From the NCBI GenBank assembly GCA_964016885.1, contig OZ024740.1:381610001-381674000 (forward strand): 64,000 nucleotides of DNA, written 5' to 3'. The DNA is from Eledone cirrhosa (lineage: Eukaryota). The position numbers and the translations under genes are program-made. This document shows, piece by piece, positions 26,192-39,229 of the stretch; the first letter of the stretch is position 1, and every line of letters begins with the position of its first letter. The notes under the pieces were generated by a model. The model was given only the letters and a program-made list of their open reading frames with translations, was not told where the DNA came from and made no database searches.

Positions 26192-27820
26192 ATGTATTCC
26201 TGGATGGATAGCGACCTGACTAGAGCCCAGGTTGATGTCATCCTTGCGGCCCGTAAAACCATAATCACCTTCGAGGACCAACTATGGACACGCAAGGATA
26301 CGCACAACAACTTCGACATAACCATGGGATCTAGTGACTCGGCGCAGGTCACTGATTTGGTCGGCCTATACCTCCTCAATGAAATCCATAAAGACCTCCC
26401 TTACCTCAACGGTGGTTTGTACCGCGATGATGCACTTCTACTCATAGAATATAAAAAATTTAATATAGAAAGAACTAGAAAACAACTGCATAAGACATTC
26501 AAAAACTTTAACCTTAGTATCACCATGGACAAAAACACTAAAAATGTTAACTTCCTAGACGCCACACTATACCTAGACTCAAAAATATATACACCTTTCC
26601 ATAAGCCTAATGAGAAACTTATTTACGTAGATACCAAGTCTAATCACCCTAGATCAATATTAAACTCTATCTCTAAGGGGGTGTCCAATAGAATCTCTAG
26701 TCTGTCCTATGACGCAAACATATTTAGCAAAAACTCACAATATTACAATCAAGCATTAGCTAGCTCCGGCCATAATATAGAAATTGAGTTCCTACCTAAG
26801 AAAACACATAGCTACAACATCATCTCGCACAACATGTCCATGAGGAAATCTAATAATAGGAATAGCAACCACAAGTACACCAAAGCGGAGGGTGCCACCG
26901 GAAGTAACCATTACCATGGAAACTACTGTGAGGCCTTAGGAGGAAGCAACACACCAAACACTAAAAGCAAAAATAGAAGAAGAAATAATACATTTTTCAA
27001 CCCTCCTTTCAACCTAAATGTCTCCACCAACATACCTAGGGCTTTCTTCTCACTACTAGATAAAAACTTCCCTCTAGGACACAAGTACCACAACCTCTTA
27101 AACAAAAACACCATTAAAATCTCATACTCTACGACGCCTAACTTAGCATACCACATAGCTAGCAGCAATAATAGTAAAATTAGTTCTTACTTCCAACAAA
27201 CAAAATCACAACGGGATGCAAACCCTCTAAATACCACTGTAGCAAGCAACAATAGCAACGGCAGTAACAATAGAAATAACACTAGTATAAGTAATAACAC
27301 CAGGGTTGTCAACCCGAACACCCAAAATCCTATATCCACCACACAGACTTCCGCATTGCATTATAACCAGCGGACTAACGCACAGAATAATTGTAACTGT
27401 AGAGCTAATGTAACCTGCCCTTTAGATAAAAAATGCCTAACCAAGGATGTCATATACTCATGCACAGTCACGACTAATAACTCTTCAGAAACCTATGTAG
27501 GCTCCACTTCTAACTGCTTCAAAATCAGATATAACTCGCACATCCACTCGTTCAAAAAGCACAGCCTAGCCAACTCCACCTCACTTTCTAGCTACATACA
27601 CTATCTAAAATCTAAAAATAAACCATACACACTCAAATGGGAAGTGATAGGCAGCGCGACCTCGTACAAACCACCTAATAAATTCTGTAACCTCTGTATA
27701 CTAGAGACACACAATATTATCTTCTCCAACCGTAACCTACTTAACAAAAAATCTGAGGTGTTTGCAACTTGCCAGCACCGCCTCAGACATTCCTTCCAAA
27801 ACTTTAAGCCCTATATATAG
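26192..27820 (+). CDS. 5'-truncated PLE RT(3' half)-GIY-YIG open frame, 542 aa
   Basis: Identical to the left-arm protein except RANVTC vs RANRTC. The first residues come from a short junction sequence and RT motif A is missing. Confidence 0.75.
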   Translation: MYSWMDSDLTRAQVDVILAARKTIITFEDQLWTRKDTHNNFDITMGSSDSAQVTDLVGLYLLNEIHKDLPYLNGGLYRDDALLLIEYKKFNIERTRKQLHKTFKNFNLSITMDKNTKNVNFLDATLYLDSKIYTPFHKPNEKLIYVDTKSNHPRSILNSISKGVSNRISSLSYDANIFSKNSQYYNQALASSGHNIEIEFLPKKTHSYNIISHNMSMRKSNNRNSNHKYTKAEGATGSNHYHGNYCEALGGSNTPNTKSKNRRRNNTFFNPPFNLNVSTNIPRAFFSLLDKNFPLGHKYHNLLNKNTIKISYSTTPNLAYHIASSNNSKISSYFQQTKSQRDANPLNTTVASNNSNGSNNRNNTSISNNTRVVNPNTQNPISTTQTSALHYNQRTNAQNNCNCRANVTCPLDKKCLTKDVIYSCTVTTNNSSETYVGSTSNCFKIRYNSHIHSFKKHSLANSTSLSSYIHYLKSKNKPYTLKWEVIGSATSYKPPNKFCNLCILETHNIIFSNRNLLNKKSEVFATCQHRLRHSFQNFKPYI

Positions 27821-29350
27821 CAATGTCGGACTGGAACCTAACACCACATCTAGCATCAAACACCAGAGACACACCCTATACTACATACCCAACACTAGCT
27901 GATCCATTATAACACAAACAACGACATCCCTCTGGAACCCTTCGCAGGGAAAATACCCATTTATACCTCTACGGCAGGTGTGACAACATCCACCCACTTG
28001 GACGGCACTACATCGCTCTAAGGGTAATTTGAACATCAATTGATCGGTTGGATGGTGTTGGGCAGAGGAAACACCTTCCTTAGACAGATGTAAAATGATT
28101 TAATCGAGTAGCGCTGTTGACCAGTAGGACCGGGCTGCTGAGCGCAGTGAGTGAATGCAATGCAACTGCCGTGCGGGTTGTACGTATATGGATGATCTGA
28201 CGGTCAGAGAGGGGTCGCGAGGACTGCGGATTGACCTTTGGCCTGCCTGGGGACGATTATCTTTCGACATCCAATGTAGCAAGCGATGACCCAGATCTTA
28301 CCAGAGATCATTGGGTCCTGAAGCAATCCTGCAATCACCGCGCCTGGTCATATGAGCAGACTACAACCACAGAGATCATTAATTTAGAATCCTCGCTCAT
28401 CATCTATAATTTCCATTTGTAGCACCTTAAGATGGGTTAATCCACCTTAATAATAATATGATCACCTTCAGCATAATTTAGTTAAACTACTCTATAGTTA
28501 GTACACTTTGTGCTTTAAAAGTCTCTCTTGGAAGGTGCACCGCACCATAGAATTTAGAGTCTATATTGGGACACATTTTAATGGCTAGATATAGAAACCC
28601 CAGAGTTACCTCCCCGCATGCATTAACTCCCCTTAGCCACACACACACTTCCGGTATTCAATGGCGTTTCTCGAAACGTAACAACCTCCTGTATCGAACT
28701 AAAGAACACCAGACTACGATCTCTAACTGGATTGTCGTGGATTATGTGAAAGGCATATAATCGAAATATACACTCCCTTGACCATGAAAATGCCGAAGTA
28801 CATGAATTACTTGACATCCCTGCGCTGTGCATCTCCAATACTTATAACACTTTTAATGCTTGCACTATCTTTAATGCTTATAATATTTCTCCACACACAG
28901 ACTATATCAATCATATAAAGACTTTGCCACCAGATCTACCAACCTAACACTCTTATTTACCTACCTAAGTGCCTCTACCACACATATCTCTCTGCCACAC
29001 TATATAAACAAGACGCACATGCGTGCCACACATATAACATTTGCACTATATAACCACTTATCTTCATGTTGTACTTTAACCTATATCTTTGATTTTTGAT
29101 TGTACCTATTAATATAAATGTAATCTCGAAGTGTGTACTGCCACTCTAAATTCTGTAATGAATGTTGACCCACAATGTTTGAATATGTATCAATGTTTGA
29201 ATATGTATTGGTATGTCTCTCGGCTGAAAAGGAGGTCATATAACTGTCCATGCATTAATAAATTGCTCCGAAGAATCCAAACCTCGGTTTGGAGGAAACA
29301 GCTGTAAGCACAATAATGTTTTGAACAGTTCTTTGATTCTTATATTTCAT
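26207..29350 (+). mobile_element. Penelope-like element, right inverted arm
   Basis: Near-exact reverse complement of ~22265-25409, ending in (TA)n. Confidence 0.93.
29264..29310 (+). ncRNA. Hammerhead (core CCGAAGA) in PLE 3' terminal region
   Basis: tgct-CCGAAGA-a-tccaaacc tc ggtttgga-g-GAAA-cagctg-TA-agca. Stem III ACAGCTGT is palindromic. Confidence 0.78.
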
Positions 29351-29357
29351 ATTTCAT

Positions 29358-29665
<308 letters not shown>

Positions 29666-29834
29666 TACGCTGCTCAGCGCGAACACCGAGTGCTCAACCG
29701 GCACCCCTCCTACGGACGCATTTACCTGCAAACCTACAACAACTATATTTATATATGTGTGTGTGTGTGTTAGGTGCAAATCCGATGGGAATTCCTGACT
29801 GAAGAGCGTCTTTACTCTACTTTACTTATATATA

Positions 29835-30148
29835 TGATAGCTACAACTCGATTTCAAGTAATGCCATCGCTTGATACTTAAGCCTGTGCATCACGGACAT
29901 GGCTTTTTAGTCCTGCTAGGGACTTGCTTATGGCCATGTATCGCAAACAATTTTACCTATCAAGAGATGCCTGTGCGTGAAGCTTTTTTAAGTAAGGAAA
30001 GGATTTGCACAGGGCCAATTCCACTCTTTGAAATCGAATGGAATTGCCCCCATAGACGTGGTCTACATCATTGAATGCAAACTAAGTCGCAGGTTTTATA
30101 TCAGAGTGACCTTCTACCAGATAGATGTCTTAATTAAGATTAGGAGTA
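29835..30148 (+). pseudogene. Decayed GIY-YIG-like fragment (PLE)
   Basis: DVVYIIECKLSRRFYIRVT resembles VVYxIxCxxCxxxYIGxT. The fragment is flanked by microsatellites. Confidence 0.45.
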
Positions 30149-30269
30149 TACACACACACACACACACACACACTCACACACATATATATATATATATATA
30201 TGAATGTATGTATACAAGTATACTTACTTTTAACTGATATAGGTAGGTATCATTATTTACTGTTTGATA

Positions 30270-30455
30270 AGGGCGGTGGATTGGCAGTATCGGTAGAGGG
30301 TCGGACGCCATGCTTTCCAGCATAGTTACGTCCCTTTACGATCTGAGTTCAAATCCCGCCGAGGTTGACTTTGCCTTTCATCCTTACGGGGTCGATAAAA
30401 TAAAGTACCAGTAATGCACTGGATAATTGCTGGCCTTGTGCCTAAAGTAGAAACA
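30270..30455 (+). mobile_element. tRNA-derived SINE
   Basis: A-box-like tggcagtatcgg, B-box gagttcaaatccc, body ttgcctttcatccttacggggtcgataaaataaagtaccagt, 18-bp TSD attatttactgtttgata. Confidence 0.9.
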
Positions 30456-31159
30456 ATTATTTACTGTTTGATATTGTCAAATGTTATCTTGTAGATATTA
30501 ATATGAATAACATTCTTATATTACCATGAATTCTATAACTTCCGGTAGTCAATATATACTTCCTGATACCAATAGTTTATACACATCATAAATAAGTATA
30601 TTTTAGAAACTAATATCATAATATGAGGTTGGACAATGTAATTTTTTCTCTTACTAATAACAATAACATGGTCAACGTGAACAGATGATAGAAAGTATTT
30701 GATTTATTTCCCTTATTCCATGCTATATATATCTATAATGGAACAATATATGTTGTATCTTTCATCGGCAGTTTTCATGGAGACATATTTTCTAATTAAA
30801 ATCATTTAGTAATGTTTCCAAAGAATAATTGAAGAAAATGATGTTGCCAACATTTGCAAAAGGATTGTGAAAGAAAATAAAAGAGAATGAGGAAAAGGAT
30901 ACACCGAAATGATTATATTTCAGAGTGGGCGTGTTATGAAAAGTATTAAACTGCCAAAAAAAAAAAAAAAATGATAATAGAAAAAAAAAGATACACAATG
31001 AAAGATATATACTAACAGGAGAAATCGCGCATAGCATACCGAAATTGTAAGTAATGAGATAGAGGTGTTGCGATGTGAATATATTCCACAAGAACAATAA
31101 TTTGGCAACTGATACTGGTCTTTGAATTGATGTTCCAGCTCCTGAGATGAAAGAATGGT

Positions 31160-32325
31160 ATTCAACTAATGTAATGGTACGCGATGGGGCCCACCCACAG
31201 ACCCGGCGGACAGAATGGAGAAGGCGTTTCCCCGGAGGACGGCAAGGGAGACGCGCTGGAAAAGCCACTCCAGCTCGCGGGGCTCACACCTACGGCTGGC
31301 CAGCTCAGCGCCTATGGTGGTGAGTAAGGAGATAGCCCTGGGGCCGAGGACACCAGAAGTTTCCACTGCCAGGGGAACGACCGAAAACCTGTCGGAGAGC
31401 GACCGGTATTTGAGGAGTTTGCCCCCCCCCAGCCCGACGTGCAGCAGAACCTGGGTCAGTTGCAGACTGCACCAGGTTGCGGCTGCAGAAAGTGTCGGTG
31501 CAAGTGGCTGGCATCCCAGACGAGGGGTTTGCCACCGCGGAACGGGAAGATGGTCATGCCATCTGGCCTTTTGCCGTCCCCTCGATCCAGCCCCACCGGA
31601 TCGAGCTGGGAAGGGAAGCCTGCAGCGTCCAAGCCATGCTTAATGACCTCGTTGAGAGCAGTATGGCGTGGAATGTAGCCGGCACTGTGGCGACAGGAAA
31701 GCGGGTGGAGGCCGAAAGAGTCCACGGTGGAACCGCAGCGATATTAGTGTGGCTGGCAGAACCGGACGCCAAGCCTCAGGGAAACGCCGATTCGCAGGCT
31801 ATGGTTGTCTAGCTGCGTGCTAGTGGAGAAAGAGGGCAGAGCATGGAGCCAGGCACCACTGTGGGGTTTGGAGGCCGCACGAAAACAAGCAAGGCGGTGC
31901 TGGTCGAGCTGGCGCGCGAGCCTGTCTAAGTCCAGGCTGCACTGGATGGTATCCCAAGTACGTTGGGGAGACTTAACGTCAACAGGGGGAGAAGGAGGAG
32001 GGACGTCTACTGGGCTAAGTCCCAGCCGGTCCCACGTCTCACAGGCGGCCTCACGTTCTCTGAACACAGAGGGTTCTGTTGTGTTTTGAAGAACCCTGCT
32101 GACGAGGACGCGGCACGAGGTTACCGACAAAAGATACGCCGGCAAAGCTAGTGAGATCGGGGACCGGAGGCCTAGGCCGCCATACCTGACCGGTAAAGTG
32201 GCCTGTTGCCACCCTGTGTCGTCAAACTTGACGTTGCACATCCCCTCGGCTGCTGCTCGGATACAAGTATCGAGGTCAGCGAATGTTTCCCACGCCAGCA
32301 AATTAGCAGATATCTGGATAAAGAG
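31160..32325 (-). mobile_element. CRE-like non-LTR retrotransposon 3' fragment (restriction-like endonuclease)
   Basis: ATLPVRYGGLGLR, HSGAWLHALPS, LRLG..C..H..SC..RH zinc knuckle, DGKRPDG..LVWDA, FQRVSLAVLRGNA. Frameshifted. Confidence 0.85.
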
Positions 32326-32396
32326 CATGGGAAAATTATATAAGAACTATATCTAATATTTAACAAACACATTTAGTTTATGAAAGTGTGCTAAAG

Positions 32397-33204
32397 CAGT
32401 TTGCGGACTTTGCGGACGATATTGTTGCACTTGCAGAGAGCACAGCTGACCTGCAAATCATTATGAACAATATCAATGTCGAAGCAGGAAGCTTAGGTCT
32501 CAATATCAGTGCTAAGAAGACCAAAAGCATGTTATCTGGGACACACCCATCACCAACTAGTGTTTTCATTGAACAGGGGAAGGTGGAGATAGTGGACAAC
32601 TTCACCTACCTAGGAAGCTCCATTGACAATGGGGGCGCCATGGACAGTGAATTGCAATGTAGAATGGGAAAGGCTTCAGCAGCATTTAACCAGCTTTCAA
32701 GATCTGGAAGAGCAGGAAGTTCACCCTCAAAACAAAGATGAGATTCTACAACAGCAATGTGCTGTCCATACTCTTGTACGGAAGTGAAACATGGCACCTT
32801 AAGACCAGCCAAGAGAAGAAGTTGGACGCATTCAATTCCAGGTGTCTGCAAAAGATCCTGGGGATTAAATGGAGTGACCATGTCACAAACCAGGAAGTCA
32901 AGAACCGCACCAACCAGCAGCTAGTCTCTTCTGCCATCTGCAGGCGACGCCTGGGCTGGTTTGGACACGCTTTGAGACTTCCCCCGGAGAGACTGGCGAA
33001 CCAAGTACTTAAATGGAACCCACAGTGAGGCAGACAGAGAGGGCGACCCAAAATGAACTGGCGCCAGACAGTTGAGAGGGACCTGCGAGCGACAAACAGA
33101 CAATGGCGGGACGCTGTGCAACTGGCTGCTGACCGAACGCGATGGAACACTATGATTGCCTCATGCGTCGCAAGACGCGGGAGCTTCTGAGTCTGAGTCT
33201 GAGT
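32397..33204 (+). mobile_element. RTE-clade LINE 3' fragment
   Basis: DFADDI, GLNISAKKTK, FTYLGS, LLYGSETW, WFGH, with a (CTGAGT)3 tail. Confidence 0.9.
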
Positions 33205-34108
33205 TAAAGCAGTTTGATGAACAGAATACAAGTGTTTAATTAATATTAGATTCTTCTAGGTTATAAATGATACTAAAACTTTAAAATATTATGGATAAAG
33301 AGTTAAAATGAATCAGCATATAAGGATTTGACGATTAAAAATATTAAAATAGAAATAGAAAATTCGCATATTTCAATTAAGAGAAAATATGTAAAAATTT
33401 GAGCTTCTTCTTCTTCTACTTCTTTCTATATATGTGTGTGTATGTGTGTGCGTGTATGTGTGTATGTGTGTTGTGTTTATATACGCATATCTTACCGAGA
33501 ATAACGTATATAGTAATAGTAGTAGTAGTGGTGTGTATGAGCATAAACCCATTTTGTTTTGGTAACTTATACTCAATGAAGTTGAATGAAGATTCTGTTG
33601 ACTTCATGTGTTTTATTGTCCGTAGATCTTAAGCTGATTTCTTGTGTAGAGTGTGTTGAGATGTAAATCATACTCCTTAAGTTAACGTTTCTTGACCCGT
33701 AGAGTTATAAAATCGTACGTTCGCATACATTTTTCCCGGTTGGGCGATTTGGGAATTACCACCATGCAACTGATTACCTTGTTCATTAGCCATAGGGGAT
33801 ATTAATTTAACGGTCTAGCCGGAACAGATGAGAATGCCTTGAAGCAATTAGCTGTTGCTGGGGAGTTGTATGAGTGAGTGCGTTCTTATTTTATCTAATA
33901 TAATATGTCGTATTTTTATATCATCATTGTTTCCACAACAAAAGATATATATTCTATACTCGAAATATTCATAATTACTGACCAGGTTCGTGAATTACAG
34001 TCAATTAAAATGAATTAATATATAATTAGCTTAGTTGGTGTGTTTCAGGAAGTAACAATAGCAAATCATCAATTGATTCCCTATCTACACCCACTCTCTC
34101 TCTCTGTA

Positions 34109-34480
<372 letters not shown>

Positions 34481-34577
34481 CAGACACACACACACTCATA
34501 TGCATATGAATACAAACACACCCATATATACATGTGTATATTTATGTATATATAATATAATATATTTACATATGTAT

Positions 34578-35221
34578 ACTAGACCTGAAAAATGCGCAAA
34601 GTCCAAAGAGCCACAGAATGTTATAGTAAACCTTCAAAAGTGTGGGACTAGAGTTGTTGCTAAAAAATCTTGTAATCATTATTTATCGTAAGGTAGATTT
34701 GCAGTATCGGTAGAGGGTCGGACGCCATGCTTTGACGCATAGAGTTACGGTTCTTGCCATTCTGAGTTCAAATCCTGCCGAGGTTAACTTTGCCTTTTAT
34801 CCTTACGGGGTCGATAAATAAAGTACCAGTAATGCACTAGGTAATTGCTGGCTTTGTGCCAAAAGTAGAAACAATTATTTATCGTACACTCTGTGGCATC
34901 CTTTTTATAAAAAAGAGACTAATAAAGAACACAAGACGACACGATAATTATTTAAGCTAATGTTCAATATCTCATATTAGATGTTTAGTAATGATTAATA
35001 CGAAATGCACTTAAACCGAATTCTATATTATAAATTCACTTAAATAATTATCGTGTCGTCTTGAGTTCGTTATGTGTCTCTTTTTTTATAAAAGGATGCC
35101 ACAGAGTGTACGTTAGATAATGATTACAATATTTTTAAGCAACAACTCTAGTCCCACACATTTGAAGGTTTATTATAACATTCTGTGGCTCCCTGGAGCT
35201 TGCGCATTTTTCAAGTCTAGT
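34578..35221. mobile_element. MITE/foldback element with ~180-bp inverted arms, SINE inserted in left arm
   Basis: Ends are actagac..gtctagt. 34578-34690 plus 34887-34955 mirror 35039-35221. Confidence 0.8.
34691..34873 (+). mobile_element. tRNA-derived SINE
   Basis: Same family, with perfect 13-bp TSD attatttatcgta (34678-34690 and 34874-34886). Confidence 0.9.
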
Positions 35222-35749
35222 TTAATATTTTTTCAAGGCAACGCTTGTAATAACTCTACTTAAACATGATATATATTAATAATAAATTATCGTTGTAATG
35301 ATTATATAATTGTTATTTTATAAATGATCTTATAAATATTATTGTAAGATGTATAAACATATTTTCAGACTTTTAATATAACTACAAAAAACAATCAATA
35401 TTAAATAAATATATTTTACATAATAATTGTTATAGTTGAATTAATAAAAATAATCTAACATAATAATATTAAAATAATCTAACATAAAACGAACAATAAT
35501 ATGGACAAATATACAAGTAAATATGATACAACCAATATTATAAGCATGTTATAACGAACTGAAAAAAAATAGTTAATATAAATTTAAAAAATCATATATA
35601 AATTAACAATATAACTTACCAAAACGATATTTTGATGATAAAACGACGAAACACAAGAGGAAGATTCGAAAGCGAAACGATAAACATAAACATAAAATGG
35701 CGGATGGTTTTGAGCCGTATCGGCATTTGCCTTTCCCTTGGGTAACATC

Positions 35750-36470
35750 GATAACATGCAGAAGAGAAATTGGTTTGCATAGGTCACTATATGCCAAAAT
35801 GCCAACACATCACCATGGAAATTAATCTCCCTAAAGGATGACATATGATAACTACAATTGTCGCAATACAATAAAAACACCAACGATGCTATTCGTTAAG
35901 CTAACCACAGTAAATGTTTGAATATACAATCGGTGGACTTCACTAATGAATCTACTCATCAAAAGGTGACCCAGTTCCCCAACAATATGAGTATATACCC
36001 TAACAGCCCCATCAAGAATTCGGAAATATACAGGAAATTGTTCGTGGAATAAAAACGCACTTGCAAAATATATACTGGTTCATATATAGGAAAATACACA
36101 CACGGATCAAAGAGCACACAGACACGTGTGCCTCAACTATTAAAAACATCAACAAAATGACATACACGTGAAATGAGGACCCTAATGTGGAGCAGATGTA
36201 ATTTACAGATCAGGTCACAAAGGTCCTCCTCCTTATCAACAGTTATAAACCTAGAATTAACGACCGGTCTGCGAATACCATCTTCCCACTGACTTTCGTT
36301 CACCCTAGGTCGGCCATAAAAAAAGCATAAAACCTAAAAACAAGACACTTCGAATTTTTTTCATTTGATAAAGTGATTCTAAACTCGAAATATGAAATAA
36401 TGTTTTATTTTGTCCTTAATTTAATTCCTATTTACACTATTCACTTTCCAAATAGAATAATCTTAATTAC
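35750..36470 (+). mobile_element. Strongly decayed PLE with terminal HHR-like motif (36362-36402)
   Basis: Weak peptides (EIYR..KIYTGS; YKPRIND), then cat-TTGATAA-agt..act-c-GAAA..TA-atg, then (TA)n. Confidence 0.4.
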
Positions 36471-36645
36471 ATACATAATATATATATATATATATATTTA
36501 ACTAATAAGCTCTGTAACCTACATAGAGCACTCTTTTTTCCTGTACCTTCCCGACGGAATTACTTCATTCACACACACACACACACACACACATACACAC
36601 ACACACACATATATATAAATAAATATATATATATATATATATATA

Positions 36646-37420
36646 TAGATAATTTAATATATCAACTAACATAAGCGCACAGATGCACGCCCATGCTAGC
36701 AAATACACAGGTTATGTCATAGTACCTAGGTGGTTCAATGCAGGAGAATGCAGAACAATAATATAAAAGACGTAAAATAAGAAAATATTTAAAAAAAAAA
36801 TTTTTTTAAGTTTTTAAAAATTTTTTTAAAAAATATTTTCTTATTTTACGTCTTTTATATTATTGTTCTGCATTCTCCTGCATTGAACCACCTAGGTACT
36901 ATGACATAACCTGTGTATTTGCTAGCATGGGCGTGCATCTGTGCGCTTATGTTAGTTGATATATTAAATTATCTATATTTATCTCCAAATCACTGATTTG
37001 TCGAGCAAACTTGCCAAAACCACTTCTAAAAAAATTTTTTGGGGTGTTAGTAGGCGTCAGTCATCTTACCATCCCATTCCTTCTAACTAGCCTCTGTGTC
37101 ACGTGATTGATTCTTTAGAATCGGCCATTTGACCTGAAGCAGTGAGAATTTCGGTACATAGAATCCAGTCCTCGCCAGCTGTTCGATCTACCGAATTATT
37201 ATTATTTTTATATGAGCCGCCAGTGTCCGCGCATTGCCTGGAGACTTAACTGAGAATAGACTCCCTGATGACGCAATGAATTCTCGACAGTTGGATTACG
37301 TAACTGTCTTTATCCCATTGCAGAAACTAATTAGTTGGAGTGAAAATTTAAGTAAGTAAGTAAAAAAATTTTTTTAAAAATTAAAAAAAAAAATATTTTC
37401 TTATTTTACGTCTTTTATAT
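36646..37420 (+). mobile_element. Non-autonomous HHR element with terminal direct repeat and 5' inverted segment
   Basis: 36646-36790 is inverted at ~36830-36977. aaaatattttcttattttacgtcttttatat is repeated at ~36830 and ~37390. HHR at 37260. Flanked by (TA)n. Confidence 0.8.
37260..37341 (+). ncRNA. Type I hammerhead with extended stem II
   Basis: actcc-CTGATGA-c-gcaatg..gacagtt/aactgtc..cattgc-a-GAAA-ctaattag-TT-ggagt. Stem III is palindromic. Confidence 0.85.
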
Positions 37421-37435
37421 ATATATATATATATA

Positions 37436-37625
37436 TAATTGTTTCTACTTTTGGCACAAGGCCAGCAATTACCCAGTGTATTACTGGTACTTTATTTTAT
37501 CGACCCCGTAAGGATGAAAGGCAAAGTTAACCTCGGCGGGTTTTGAACTCAGAATGGAAAGGGCCGTAGCTGTTTGCGTCAAAGCATGGCGTCCGACCCT
37601 CTACCGATACTGCTAATCTACCGCC
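37436..37625 (-). mobile_element. tRNA-derived SINE
   Basis: Reverse complement of the family sequence. Confidence 0.9.
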
Positions 37626-38327
37626 TATATGTATATAATATGCACACATTTGTATATAGAATACACGTATTCAGACAGCCAGATTTTAAAAAAGTGTCTA
37701 TTGGTAAAATTTTACAGTACATTTCAATAATTATTAGGCCAGTGTTTCGTGATATTCTGTGCTTTGATTAGTTCGAACTGCTTAATATAGACAATGAATA
37801 ATTAGCAATTATTTTTATATAATGAATACCAAAATTAGTATGGTTTTGAAAATACCACACGAATCCTGAATATATTAAAATCAAATCGCGATCATTATAT
37901 GTTGCTATAGAAAGCTATTTCTGAATGTTATTGTGTAACTATAGAAAGTTTATCATGAAATCACGACCATTTCATATCGAAAATAGAAAGTGACATGAAA
38001 GACATCCATATGTGTGCGAATTTAAAACCATTCACTCTTTTAACATTACGCTATACTGATAAGTTCGTAAATACTATAATAAAAAGAAAATATTTTATAG
38101 TGCTGAACCCCTAAACCAGTTTCTCGTGTATTGATAATGAACTTGGAGAAGGTGAAAATACCAAATGTTCTTCCTTTCATGTAATATATACCCTGAACGA
38201 TTTTATTCTAATTGGAGAAGGCTATAGCCAATAATTCAACTGCACTTCCTCGATAATACTATTACAATGTCTAAACAACAAACATCTGGAATTAAATTAG
38301 TTTCATTTATAATTGAATTATGTCTTG

Positions 38328-38516
38328 GTTTCTGATTTAGGCACAAGGTCAACAATTTGCATTACTAATGCATTACTGGTACTTTATTTTGTCGACCCCG
38401 TGAGGATGAAAGGCAAAGCTAACCTCGGCGGGATTTGAAATCAGATCATAAAGGGCTATAACTCTATGCCAAAAGGCACGTTGTCCGACGCTCCACCGAT
38501 ACTGCGAATCCAGCGC
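38328..38516 (-). mobile_element. tRNA-derived SINE (more diverged)
   Basis: Reverse complement of the family sequence. Confidence 0.85.
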
Positions 38517-39055
38517 TTGACCCATATATTGTGTTAATGCAAGGGGACATCCGTCTTGGTTTTGTTTGTATGTTATAATTCAAAATATGATAAATTAATG
38601 TTATTCCCCGTTGACCTTCCAGCTGAACAGAAATGACTAAAGTCAGCTATACACGTTTGCTAAACATACACAATACCAATTTCACACAAACTAGCTTCTT
38701 ACCGTAATATCATTAATCTATTCATTCACTATATTTGCTGGAGAGTTGAAGGAATTTTGAGAATTTAATGTTATTGCAGCTGGATGAAGAAGACTTGAAT
38801 AAAATTCGGAACCGGAATTTAATTAATCTCTTTAGTTATATTCTAATTGGATTTGTCCGGTCAACAATCCTCTAAATTCACTTGTACTGCCTCGAATACA
38901 CTAAGTTAATTGTACTGCATAAACTAGACATCTTTAATCTGTAGAGCCTCTAACCATATCAAATTCTTATTTTATATTTTCGCATAATATTCCTTGATAC
39001 GGTGGACACCAGTGGAAACATATTGGACGCGAGCAACGAATATTATTAAGCTATT

Positions 39056-39210
39056 AAGCGGTGAATTGGCAGTATACGTAGTGGGTCGGACGCCATGCTT
39101 TCCAGAATAGTTACGTCCCTTTGCGGGCTGAGTTCAAATCCCGTCGAGGTTAATATAAAGTACCAGTAATGCACTGAGCAATTGCTGGCCTTGTGCCAAA
39201 AGTAGAAACA
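39056..39210 (+). mobile_element. tRNA-derived SINE with internal deletion
   Basis: Lacks the ctttgcctttc..gtcgat block. TSD is attattaagctat. Confidence 0.88.
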
Positions 39211-39229
39211 ATTATTAAGCTATCTAGGC

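Noticed and set aside
28283-28321. Possible SECIS element (some Naiad PLEs encode selenoproteins)
   Set aside because: There is no apical AA at the expected spacing, the ORF has no in-frame TGA (the break is TAA), and the EN is C-terminal.
29785-29815. Isolated CTGAAGA (also at ~9996 and ~11151)
   Set aside because: No stem II-GAAA-stem III arrangement follows.
30270-30360. tRNA gene
   Set aside because: A/B boxes are present but there is no cloverleaf. It is the head of a multi-copy SINE with TSDs.
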